Below are positions 37,948 through 47,000 of a stretch of 64,000 bases of DNA, piece after piece. The stretch's first letter is position 1. The number at the start of each line of letters is the position of its first letter. A program made the translations under genes and the position numbers. The notes beneath the pieces were generated by a model. The model was given only the letters and a program-made list of their open reading frames with translations. It was not told the origin of the DNA and did not search any database. This DNA comes from Pseudomonadota bacterium (lineage in GTDB: Bacteria > Pseudomonadota > Gammaproteobacteria > Burkholderiales > JAKAFK01): contig JAKAFK010000004.1 in NCBI GenBank assembly GCA_021817985.1, positions 13,505-77,504 of the forward strand, in the 5' to 3' direction.

Positions 37948-40206
37948 CTACGACTTGCGCCGCCGCCGGCGCGTTAGGTAGCCGACGCTGGCGAGCACCA
38001 TCCCGACCAGAACGGGGTCGAATCCTCCGTTTGGATCAAGGGTACAGCCCCCGCTGCCGCCCACGCCGCCCCCGGCGCCGCCGCTCGTGGTGGTGTTCAA
38101 GGGAATGCCGACCGCAAGGGGATCCACGATCATGCCGGACCCCGGGTCCTCGTTGAGCGGGCCGTTAACCGCAACATTCATGGTGAGCGTCATGCCATCG
38201 CTGGAAATCGTCACCTGATTCGTGATGTCGGTCCACCCGGACTTCGTCACCTTGTAGATCCGGGTCCCCGCCGGCAACGCCGTCGGGAATGTCAGAGTGA
38301 CACCGACTGTGCCGGTGACCGGCTGCGTTGGGCTGCCCACCGTGTAGGTAATGACGCCGTAACGGTAGAAATCGAACCCGGCCGGGCGGGCGGCCGGCGA
38401 ATAGCCGGCTGCCCTAAGATCCGTATCGCTCGGACTCAGCTGGGAGTTCAGCGTCACCGGCGGGGTGGTACCCGAACCGTCGACGGCAACGGTCACCGCC
38501 CCGTGCGGGGTCACTACCGCTCCCGAGCAGGGCACGTCGACGCCGGACGGACCCCCGTTCACGTTGCCGGTCAGGTACAGGGTGTAGGGGATATTGATGA
38601 ACGGTCCACTCGGGACGATTGCGGAGTAGACCAAGGTATAGGGATGGCCGTAGACGCCGTCCCACTGGAATGTGGCGGGGGCGCCGCTGCCCATGGGAAT
38701 CGCCGGCGTCGTGTTCCATGCCACCGTCCAGCCGCTCAGATCCAGGTGTCCGTTGCCATAGTCCGTGACCGGCTTGACCGTATACTCGTAGCCCGGCGCG
38801 CTAAAGAAGCTCCAGGTGTTGTCGATCGGCGTGTTGCTGACGCCCGGCAGACCGGCATAGCCCTGGGTCACGCCGATCTCGATGGGATGGCTTTGCGAAA
38901 TGGTGGTGAATAGTTGCTTCCCGGGAGAGACTTCCATGGCGAATTTCGATCCCGGACAAATCGTCAGGTTATCTCCGGTCGCCGCGCTCAGCACAGGATT
39001 GATTCCGCCGGTGGTCGAGAAGTTGATGGCGGGGGGGGCTGTCAACGGATCGCCCTCGGCATCGGTGGCCCCGGCGTTGAACGTCACCGTATACGTCGTG
39101 CTCTTGTTCAGTCCACTCACCGGGTAGACGAAGGCCATGTCGTCCGTGGTCGTCGGCGTTCCGACGGTGACGCCGCCCGACACGGAAGGGAAGCTTGCGA
39201 CCGTCGACGGATTCATCGGTTCGTTGAAATTCACGGTGATCGTCGAGGTGCTGGGCGAGATGCTGGTGTTTGCCTGCGGCGTCGTCGCGGTCATGGCGGG
39301 CACGAGAGCGGCGGTCACCGTCTCCGTAGGGGGCGCTACAACCGAATCGCCCGAGGCGGTCGTCGCCTGAGCGGCATTGAAGCTCAGGGTATAGCTCTGT
39401 CCGGGCTGCAGGCCGGAGAGCGGGAACGTATAGGTCAGACCGTCCGCGCTGGTGGGCGCGCCGACCGACGGCGAACCGGTCCCGGTGGTGGCGATCGAGA
39501 CAAACCCGGCCGCACTCGTGACCTTTTCGCTAAACGTGACGGAGATGGACGGATTGTTGTAGCTGACGGTGGAGCCGTCGCCGGGCGTCACGGTGGCCTT
39601 GGCCGTCGTCGTCGCGGCAGCGGTCGAAACCGTGCCGTTCAAGCTCCACACACCGGTCTGGCCATTGAATGGCCCCCCGACCACGGTCGACCGCCATGCC
39701 ATCGTGTAGGCGCAAGTCGTCGCACCGTTCGAAACCGTGCAACTGGAGATGGTCCCTGTCGCCGCCCCCCCCTGGTTGAAATTGGTTCCGTTCCACGAAG
39801 CGAACCAGCCACTCATGTCCATCGAGAGGGTGCCCGCACCCGTATCGATCGTCCCGGACGGGGCTTTCCCGCCGGCAATGGTACCGGTTGGCGCGCTCAC
39901 CAGATTTTCGGCGGACTGGGCCGTAAAGGTATAGACAGGGGTTCCGAAGTACTTGAAGTTGGTGAGCGTTTGCGCCGGGTTCGGCTCCGCCGAAGCATTG
40001 GCGGTGCCTCCCTGGTAGCCACCCGTCACGATCGGCTCACCCGGGCCCGCGGTGATCGCAGGATTCACCGTCGGGGACCCCGTCAAATAGAAGCTGCCCC
40101 CGGTGACCGTCAGATTCGTCACGTTCAATACCGCCGCCTGAGACGTCAGGACGACGCTCCCGAAGATCGCGCCGAGCGCGAGGCTTAATGCTTTTTCTCT
40201 CATCAT
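37948..40206 (-). CDS. Large surface protein: N-terminal domain, two Ig-like domains, related internal domain, choice-of-anchor-U-like domain and JDVT-CTERM tail
   Basis: Signal peptide; Ig-like TFSEKV and NFNEPM..L...TTYTVT; NGPLNEDPGSGMIVDP; tail GGSGGCTLDPNGGFDPVLVGMVLASVGYLTRRRRR. Confidence 0.85.
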   Translation of the reverse strand: MMREKALSLALGAIFGSVVLTSQAAVLNVTNLTVTGGSFYLTGSPTVNPAITAGPGEPIVTGGYQGGTANASAEPNPAQTLTNFKYFGTPVYTFTAQSAENLVSAPTGTIAGGKAPSGTIDTGAGTLSMDMSGWFASWNGTNFNQGGAATGTISSCTVSNGATTCAYTMAWRSTVVGGPFNGQTGVWSLNGTVSTAAATTTAKATVTPGDGSTVSYNNPSISVTFSEKVTSAAGFVSIATTGTGSPSVGAPTSADGLTYTFPLSGLQPGQSYTLSFNAAQATTASGDSVVAPPTETVTAALVPAMTATTPQANTSISPSTSTITVNFNEPMNPSTVASFPSVSGGVTVGTPTTTDDMAFVYPVSGLNKSTTYTVTFNAGATDAEGDPLTAPPAINFSTTGGINPVLSAATGDNLTICPGSKFAMEVSPGKQLFTTISQSHPIEIGVTQGYAGLPGVSNTPIDNTWSFFSAPGYEYTVKPVTDYGNGHLDLSGWTVAWNTTPAIPMGSGAPATFQWDGVYGHPYTLVYSAIVPSGPFINIPYTLYLTGNVNGGPSGVDVPCSGAVVTPHGAVTVAVDGSGTTPPVTLNSQLSPSDTDLRAAGYSPAARPAGFDFYRYGVITYTVGSPTQPVTGTVGVTLTFPTALPAGTRIYKVTKSGWTDITNQVTISSDGMTLTMNVAVNGPLNEDPGSGMIVDPLAVGIPLNTTTSGGAGGGVGGSGGCTLDPNGGFDPVLVGMVLASVGYLTRRRRRKS
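39630..40190 (-). repeat. Copy 2 of the duplicated coding segment
   Basis: Same shared peptides as copy 1 (35470-36020), with a 4-codon insertion (VSNG) in this copy. Confidence 0.9.
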
Positions 40207-40398
40207 CTCTTCTCCATCCTATGAGTGCAGCGCGTCCGGGCCCTACCGACGGCGACCTCACCGTCGTCGCGAACCGCGCTACTGCCGGGGGCGTTTACGT
40301 CCTAGCCGATCGCCTACCCGATGAGGGTGTTGCGGGCCGGGTCATGCCAACGCTTCTGTGGGGCAACGCTTAGCCGCGTCAAATGCTCGAATCCGGGT

Positions 40399-41709
40399 CT
40401 AGAATTTAAGCCCATACGCGATCTCCCACTCGTTCTGAAACATCTCCGCCACCGCAGTCACAGGTGTTGAGTTTTCGAAAAGAAGGGTTGCGGTTTGGCG
40501 CTTCTTCTTCGCATAGACCCATGCAAAAGACACCGACGAGTCGGCCCCCATGAAGGAACGCCCCAGCTGATAGGTAGCGCCCAGTGTGTAGTGCGTTTCA
40601 ACGATGCCCGGGGCAAGAAGATTGAACAGCAACTGGCTGTCCGGAATTGGGCTCTTGCCATAGTTATAGCCGGCTCTTAGCGTCAGTTTCCGGTTGAAGT
40701 GATAAAGGAAACCGAGCTTGTAGACGGTCTGGTTCTGCCAACCGAACCCCATGCCGCCATTGGCACCTAGGGATGTCGTATTAATCGTCGCACCCGAATA
40801 GAGGAGAGAGGTCGGACCCAAGTTGCCTATCGAGGGCACGTCCGAATAAAGGATGCGTTCCACATCCAGGGCTGCATCCAGCTTATTGGGAATCACCTTG
40901 ACGGCAACCCCGACCGCATAGTTGGCCGGGACGTCGAAGGCCCCGCCATTGGCAAAAAGCCCCCGGTACTTGGTGAATTTCTGCATGTACTCCTTGGTGG
41001 CGTACGTCGCGCCGAGGCTGAGCCGGTCATCGAGGAAATGCCCGAGCCAGCCCACCCGTGCGCCGAGTCCCCATGCATAGTCGTGCCCCTGATTGGTGAC
41101 GTTATTGGGGTATGCCGACATCGCCGTGAACGCGCTCAGCCCCTGCGCGGCAAAGCGCTGCCCCGCAGGAACCAGCGAGATTCCGAACGATTGCGAGTCC
41201 ACCGGACGCCATGCGACCGTAATCGGGATGAAAAGCTGCACCAGATCGACCCCCAGCTTGCCCCCACCGTTCGGCGTGGTGGAGAAGAAGTTGGTGCTGT
41301 ACGTCGTGTCCATGCCGCCGTTCCCCACCGCAGCGACCCCGAAGGACCACCGGTGGTTGTAGGCGAAAGAAACGCCCATCCCTGGGACCAGATAGGTGTT
41401 GGAGCCGCTCTTGACGCACTCCGCGCCGCCACTGCCGTTAGGACTCCCGTCGTTGAGACCGACTTCCCCCGCGCAACGGCGCGGGTCGAAGACGCCGACA
41501 CCGACGTCGAATCGGGTGCCGACGTCACTCAAGTTTGCTGGATTCGCCGCGGCCGAAATGGAATTCTGGGGGTACGCCACCGCCGCCCCTCCCATCCCGT
41601 CCGCCGCTGTCCCATACCCGATGGCGAAATAACCGTTCGTTGCAAAGGCCGCCGGGGCGGCGAGCCAGGCACCCAACCCTACGAGCGCCCAGTAACGGGG
41701 TTTCCACAT
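40399..41709 (-). CDS. OmpP1/FadL-family outer-membrane channel
   Basis: TNGYFAIGYG...GMGGAAVA..Q...AAANPA plug motif, GNGGMDT, LRAGYNYGKSPI and terminal Phe. Confidence 0.9.
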   Translation of the reverse strand: MWKPRYWALVGLGAWLAAPAAFATNGYFAIGYGTAADGMGGAAVAYPQNSISAAANPANLSDVGTRFDVGVGVFDPRRCAGEVGLNDGSPNGSGGAECVKSGSNTYLVPGMGVSFAYNHRWSFGVAAVGNGGMDTTYSTNFFSTTPNGGGKLGVDLVQLFIPITVAWRPVDSQSFGISLVPAGQRFAAQGLSAFTAMSAYPNNVTNQGHDYAWGLGARVGWLGHFLDDRLSLGATYATKEYMQKFTKYRGLFANGGAFDVPANYAVGVAVKVIPNKLDAALDVERILYSDVPSIGNLGPTSLLYSGATINTTSLGANGGMGFGWQNQTVYKLGFLYHFNRKLTLRAGYNYGKSPIPDSQLLFNLLAPGIVETHYTLGATYQLGRSFMGADSSVSFAWVYAKKKRQTATLLFENSTPVTAVAEMFQNEWEIAYGLKF

Positions 41710-41910
41710 AACCGCGTCTCCCTTCATTCAGGAAAATGATTGCTCCAGCTGGGCAGCCCAATCGCCTGCCCGCCCATGTTTTGCGTTGTCTTGGCCGTCA
41801 AACAGTGCGCTGCCGCAGGCCGCGCCGTTGCCTTGAACGGTGTCACGGCAACGGAGGACCGGCGCGCCACACTGCGGTGAGGCGCTAACGACGGGCTAAC
41901 GTGTTTCGGG

Positions 41911-42537
41911 TTAAATGAACAGGCACACGTCGGATGTCTGCGCCGTCGGCAGGAACGACGCGGCACCCACGTAGTCGGATACCTCCGGGATGAATTCGGA
42001 TCGATCGAAACCGAACAGGTCGACCGTCATCTGGCAGGCAACGAATTTGACGTCTGCCTCAATGCACAGCGTCCGCAATTCCGCGATGTCGGCGACGCCG
42101 ACGTTGCCGATGGTTTTCTTCATCAACGTGGTCGCCAATGCCTCATAACCGGGGATCGCCGCCTGGACGATATTCGGAATGTTCCAGTTGATGGCCCTAA
42201 ACCATTTTGGCCCCATGGGCATTTTCATCGGCATGGCCGGATTGCCTAAGGGGCTGACTTGCGCATCAAAGTTCTTCTTGAGAAGGGTCAATCCATAGAA
42301 GGTGAAGAAAATCGCCGTTTCCCACCCCAGCGCCGCCGCGGTCGACGCCAGAATGAACGGCGGATAGGCCCAGTCGAGCGTGCCTTTGGTGGCGATTATG
42401 GAAAGCTTAGGGACCTTTTTCTCGTTGAGCTCTGCAAGCTTGCGCTCCAAGATTTCGTCAAGCCGCTCCTCGATGCGCGCATCCACGAGGTGCTGCACGT
42501 CAAGAGGGGTCTGGATGGTTTCGGCGCGAGTGGTCAT
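41911..42537 (-). CDS. dsrE2: DsrE2-type sulfur carrier protein
   Basis: LSIIATKGTLDWAYPPFILASTAAALG..FFTFYGL..PLGNPAMPM..ACQMTVDLF..YVGAA..SDVCLFI. Confidence 0.88.
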   Translation of the reverse strand: MTTRAETIQTPLDVQHLVDARIEERLDEILERKLAELNEKKVPKLSIIATKGTLDWAYPPFILASTAAALGWETAIFFTFYGLTLLKKNFDAQVSPLGNPAMPMKMPMGPKWFRAINWNIPNIVQAAIPGYEALATTLMKKTIGNVGVADIAELRTLCIEADVKFVACQMTVDLFGFDRSEFIPEVSDYVGAASFLPTAQTSDVCLFI

Positions 42538-42689
42538 TTAGTACGTCTCCTCGTAGGATGGATCTCTATGCGGTTAACGTTTTTTCACCATAGCACATGC
42601 TTTAGTGTGCATTAGACAATATTGGAACAACTTTCATAGGTGATTAGCGACTCGTCATGGGGTACGCTGGGACAATGCGCTCTAGGACA

Positions 42690-42784
42690 GCAACATTTAT
42701 GCCAAGATCACTACGCCCTTGCAGTTCATGCGGTTATGAATCGTTCGCGAGCGTCCATGACATGTCATGTAAAAATTGGTGACA
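42690..42784 (-). promoter_or_regulatory. Sigma-54 promoter and 17-bp enhancer upstream of dsrE2
   Basis: TGGCAT-AAATG-TTGC (42690-42704) and TGTCACCAATTTTTACA (42768-42784). Confidence 0.78.
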
Positions 42785-42939
42785 TTTCTTGTTCTAATAT
42801 TCGAATTTTATGAATTAGCAGGTTCGCCTTCGATTAGGGCACACGTTCCGCGCGCTGATGGGCAGGGGGATGGGGAGACGATTGGGGCGCAGAACGTGCG
42901 CCGTCGGACGACGCAGTCCTGTGCGATGAGCGACGACGA

Positions 42940-44163
42940 CTAGGGACGGCAGTCGGCGAGGAGGCCAAGCATGTGTTTCGCCAGCTGTTGACGATCGTAT
43001 CGGGGCGCTGCGGCAAGGCAATGCGCCCTGATGGCGCCATAGAGCCGCGGATCGTCCATGAGCCGGGTCAGGGCCGCGTCAAGAGCGGGCGCATCGCCCG
43101 AGGGGAACACGATGCCGACGTTTTCTCGCTCGACGATGCCGGCTGATTCCCCTGGGACGCCGTGCAGCAAGGGGATGCCCATCCCCATCGACTCGAAGAG
43201 TTTCGACGGGATGACGGTTGAAAAAAGCGCGGTGTCACGCAAGTGAATGATGGACACATTCAGCAGCGACCAGTAGCGGGCCACTTCCGCCTTCGGCACG
43301 GAGTCGACGAAAACGACGTTGGCCAGTTGCCTGCGCTGTGCCTCGCGGACCAAGTCCGCTTTGCGAGCACCGTCCCCCAGAAGGAGAAAACGCACGTCCC
43401 CGCGCCGCGCACGCTGGAAGCGCTCGGCCACCTCCAGCACCGTCTCCAGCCCGTGCGCCATGCCATGGGTGCCGATATAGCCGGCCACGAAACACCCTGA
43501 AAGACCGAGCGATCGCGCGAGCGCTTCGTCGCGCATCCGGGGCGTAAAGCGCGTCAGATCGACACCGTTGGTCACCACGGCGATTTTACGGCCGTCGATG
43601 CCGCGCGCCACGAGCCTGCGCTTGAACGAGTGCGTCACGGATACGATGAGGTCCGCCTTCCGGTACAGGAAGCCTTCGATCCGCTCCAGCGCGCGGAACA
43701 CGGCGGAACTTCGCATCGCGCCCACCGCCTTGATCGATTCGGGCCACAGATCCCGCAGTTCGAACACGAAGGGGATGCGTTTCGCGCGACTCACCAGGTA
43801 GGCCGCGCAGGCGGTGAAAAACTGGGGCGAAGTACCGATAACGATGTCGGGTTTTATTACAAACAGGGACGCCACGGTGGCGGACGCCATGAAGCTCGCA
43901 TAATCGAGGCTGCGCCTCAGGAACCCCTCGTTCGCCGTGATATAGCTCCACACGCGGATGACGCGTATGCCCTCCATGTCCTCCGACTGCCACAAGCGGT
44001 TATGGTATCCCTGGAATATTTTGCCCTTCGGGAAATTGGGCGCGCAGGTGATGATCGTGACACGATGTCCTGCCCTGACCCACTCGCGCGCATGCTCGTA
44101 GGTACGGGAAGCCGGCGCATTGACTTCCGGGGGAAAATTGTCGGTAAGAAAGAGAATGTTCAC
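42940..44163 (-). CDS. GT4 glycosyltransferase (WbuB-like)
   Basis: TDNFPPEVNAPASR, PNFPKG, FELRDLWPES, PSKLFESMGMG; GTG start overlaps the upstream stop. Confidence 0.9.
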   Translation of the reverse strand: MNILFLTDNFPPEVNAPASRTYEHAREWVRAGHRVTIITCAPNFPKGKIFQGYHNRLWQSEDMEGIRVIRVWSYITANEGFLRRSLDYASFMASATVASLFVIKPDIVIGTSPQFFTACAAYLVSRAKRIPFVFELRDLWPESIKAVGAMRSSAVFRALERIEGFLYRKADLIVSVTHSFKRRLVARGIDGRKIAVVTNGVDLTRFTPRMRDEALARSLGLSGCFVAGYIGTHGMAHGLETVLEVAERFQRARRGDVRFLLLGDGARKADLVREAQRRQLANVVFVDSVPKAEVARYWSLLNVSIIHLRDTALFSTVIPSKLFESMGMGIPLLHGVPGESAGIVERENVGIVFPSGDAPALDAALTRLMDDPRLYGAIRAHCLAAAPRYDRQQLAKHMLGLLADCRP

Positions 44164-45851
44164 TCGCACCAGTCCAGCCTGAACAGGGCCTGCTCGCCCC
44201 TCATGTGCGTTTCGATACGCGTGGAGGGCAACGACAAGCCAAATTCCGGATGCCAATGAGCCGCCCGCACGGACACTTCGCCGCCCAGCGCTTCCCACCG
44301 CGCCATCGCCCCTGTCGTCTGGACATACCCTCCGCCAGGACGCTGAAAAACGCTGGTCTCCGGATGCAGGTACAGACGTGAGATGGCGCACTGCGCACGG
44401 CCTTCGATGCGATCGTCGATCTCGAGCCGCTGGGACTGGAGCACCCAGCGCCGGCGATGAATCGGGCGCCCCTTCAGGCGACGATAGCCATCGTGCGCCC
44501 CTTCGATGACGATACGGTCAGGCGATTGTGCCACCTCGACGTCAAAAGGATATGCGCGTCTCGCCACCCGAAACGATGCCCATACTTCGGACGAACTCTG
44601 TCCGTCGAGTTCCACCGTATTGTGTGCCGCCGTCGAACGTTCCCACTCCCGCTGCGCGCCCCCGGCATAGCATGAGGTTCCCGAATTGACGAGCAGGCGC
44701 CGGCCATTCACCGACAATTCGAAGCTCAGCACATCGGCGTGCGCGTGCCCGGGCAAGTAATCGGGCCCGACCGGCGCCACATCCGCAATCAACACGGCGC
44801 CATGCTTCTGAACCCGGACGTAACCCGACGCATTCAGCCAGGACACGCCATCGTTCGGCACCGCGACGGGCACATCAAGCCGCCGGGCATAGCGGATGAG
44901 TTCACCGGGCGGTGGGGCAATGCCCATCGCCGCATCGTTGAAGAACGACACCTCGCCGTCCGGGTGGCACATCAGGAGAAGCCAGCGCAACATGCCGGCC
45001 GCGGTGTTGCGCCAGACAGCAATTTCTTGCGCCCAACCGGCAAACGCGCCGGGACAGGCGCACGCAAGATTCACGAGATCCAACATATCTTCGAGCGCAA
45101 TGGCGTGATACATGGGACTGCGCTCGAAGTGCCCGCCGTCCGGGAGAATCTGTTCCGGTACCTCGCGCACCAGAATTTCCATGCCCTGGCGCATCCAGCG
45201 ATCCGCCTCCGGACCAGCAAAGAACGCCCCGGCAAAGACGAGCGCCTTGGCGTTGGCGAAGAGATGATTCCCCAGGAGATGGTACTCGAGGCGTTGCGTG
45301 AGATGGCGCGCCTGTTGCGCGAGGGAGTGCGCCGAGCCGGGCGGGAGCGTGTGGCCGCATGCGGCCCATTTCACCCAGTTGACGATTCTGAGCGACAAGG
45401 GATACGGCTCCCACCCGACGCCTTTGCCCGGCGGATTCTCGGCAATCCAGCGGGCAATTAGCCGTGCATGCGCCGCCGCCCTGCACTCGGCGTCCGCAGC
45501 ATTCAGGTCGTCGAAATAGTGCAGGTTGTAAAGCCAAAGTCTGGCTCGCCCCGGTGCATTCCAGTCAATGGCGCCTTCGAGTCCATGCTCCTCGTTCAGG
45601 AACCGAAAACGCGTTGCCGAAACCATGGCTGCACGCCGCTGCGCAGGACGCGCCCAGACGCCGCGCAAGGGCCTTCGCGGCGGCGCCGGCTGCCCGTCCC
45701 GAACCGGCGCATTGAATCGCGACGACAACCGGCCCCAAATCTGGATGGGCCGCAAATATCTCAAGGTGTGATAGTAAAGGGCAGACCGCCGCCAAAGCGC
45801 ATCCGCTTCCCTTTGCCGTTCGAGCGACTTGGAGTCGCCAGCCGAACTCAT
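44160..45851 (-). CDS. Heparinase II/III-family protein
   Basis: LWLYNLHYFD, EYHLLGNHL, DGGHFERSPMYH, GHAHAD..SFEL, STAAHNT. Confidence 0.88.
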   Translation of the reverse strand: MSSAGDSKSLERQREADALWRRSALYYHTLRYLRPIQIWGRLSSRFNAPVRDGQPAPPRRPLRGVWARPAQRRAAMVSATRFRFLNEEHGLEGAIDWNAPGRARLWLYNLHYFDDLNAADAECRAAAHARLIARWIAENPPGKGVGWEPYPLSLRIVNWVKWAACGHTLPPGSAHSLAQQARHLTQRLEYHLLGNHLFANAKALVFAGAFFAGPEADRWMRQGMEILVREVPEQILPDGGHFERSPMYHAIALEDMLDLVNLACACPGAFAGWAQEIAVWRNTAAGMLRWLLLMCHPDGEVSFFNDAAMGIAPPPGELIRYARRLDVPVAVPNDGVSWLNASGYVRVQKHGAVLIADVAPVGPDYLPGHAHADVLSFELSVNGRRLLVNSGTSCYAGGAQREWERSTAAHNTVELDGQSSSEVWASFRVARRAYPFDVEVAQSPDRIVIEGAHDGYRRLKGRPIHRRRWVLQSQRLEIDDRIEGRAQCAISRLYLHPETSVFQRPGGGYVQTTGAMARWEALGGEVSVRAAHWHPEFGLSLPSTRIETHMRGEQALFRLDWCE

Positions 45852-46936
45852 AAGACGCGCTCAAGCACGCTGACGATGCGCTCCCCCGTCCGGCCGTCCC
45901 AGTATTCCGGGACGCGTCCCGTCTTCCACCGCCCATCGAACACGCGATCCAGCGCCGGCTTGAGCTTCGAGGGGTCGGTGCCGATCAGCTCGTTTGTCCC
46001 CATCGTGATGGTCTCGGGGCGCTCCGTCGTGTCGCGCACCGTCAGGCAGGGCACCCCCATCACCGTGGTTTCCTCGGTGATGCCCCCGGAGTCCGTCAGC
46101 ACAGCCTTCGCATGCTTGACCAGATAATTGAACTCGAAGTAAGGCTGCGGCGCGACCGGACACAGGTTCTCGGGCAACGCACCGATCGCATGCAGCGTCT
46201 TGGCGGTGCGCGGATGAACCGGAAAAACGACGGGAAGCCCTCGGGCGGCGGTGCCGATGGTGCGCAGCCATGCGCTCAGGCGTTCGGGCGCGTCGACGTT
46301 GGCCGGGCGATGCAGCGTGAGCACGAAATACCCGCCGGCGGCAAGGCCAAGTTCGTGCCAGAAGGCTGGCGCACGCAGCCGTTCCCAGTTGAAAAGGAGC
46401 GTATCGATCATGGTGTTGCCGACGAAATGGATGCGATTCTCCTGGACGCCCGAGCGGCGCAAATTAGCATTCGCCGTCTCGCTGGTCGTGAAGAAGAGAT
46501 CGGTGATGGCATCGGTGACCATGCGGTTGATTTCTTCGGGCATTCTCCAGTCTCCGGAGCGAATGCCCGCCTCGACGTGGGCCACCGGCACGCACAGCTT
46601 CTGCGCGGCGATCGCGCACGCCATCGTGGACGTCACATCGCCAACGACCAGGCATAGATCGCTTCGGCTTTCCAATAAGAGAGATTCGTACCCCACCATG
46701 ATGGCCGCCGCTTGACCAGCCTGCGTACCGGACCCCACCTCCAGGTTGACGTGCGGCTCCGGGATGCCCAGTTGGGCAAAGAAATCCCCCGACATGCGGG
46801 CGTCGTAATGCTGGCCCGTATGCACCAGGCGATAGCCCAGGCGATGGTCCGGTCCACGGGCCTCGAGCGCACGGATGATCGACGCAATCTTCATGAAATT
46901 CGGCCGAGCCCCGGCGATGATGTCGATCCTTGTCAT
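45848..46936 (-). CDS. wecB: UDP-N-acetylglucosamine 2-epimerase (non-hydrolysing)
   Basis: GARPNFMK, HTGQHYD, HVEAGIRS, TDSGGITEE, TERPET. Confidence 0.92.
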   Translation of the reverse strand: MTRIDIIAGARPNFMKIASIIRALEARGPDHRLGYRLVHTGQHYDARMSGDFFAQLGIPEPHVNLEVGSGTQAGQAAAIMVGYESLLLESRSDLCLVVGDVTSTMACAIAAQKLCVPVAHVEAGIRSGDWRMPEEINRMVTDAITDLFFTTSETANANLRRSGVQENRIHFVGNTMIDTLLFNWERLRAPAFWHELGLAAGGYFVLTLHRPANVDAPERLSAWLRTIGTAARGLPVVFPVHPRTAKTLHAIGALPENLCPVAPQPYFEFNYLVKHAKAVLTDSGGITEETTVMGVPCLTVRDTTERPETITMGTNELIGTDPSKLKPALDRVFDGRWKTGRVPEYWDGRTGERIVSVLERVL

Positions 46937-47000
46937 GCTTCCCTCATAACCAGAACGATGGCGGGCCACTGCGCAAGGTCGGCAGGCCGCCGATAAGCCG

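Noticed and set aside
40325-40352. TGGCAT upstream of the JDVT-CTERM gene as a sigma-54 promoter
   Set aside because: No GC at the required N10 spacing and no enhancer; the gene is more likely read through from fadL.
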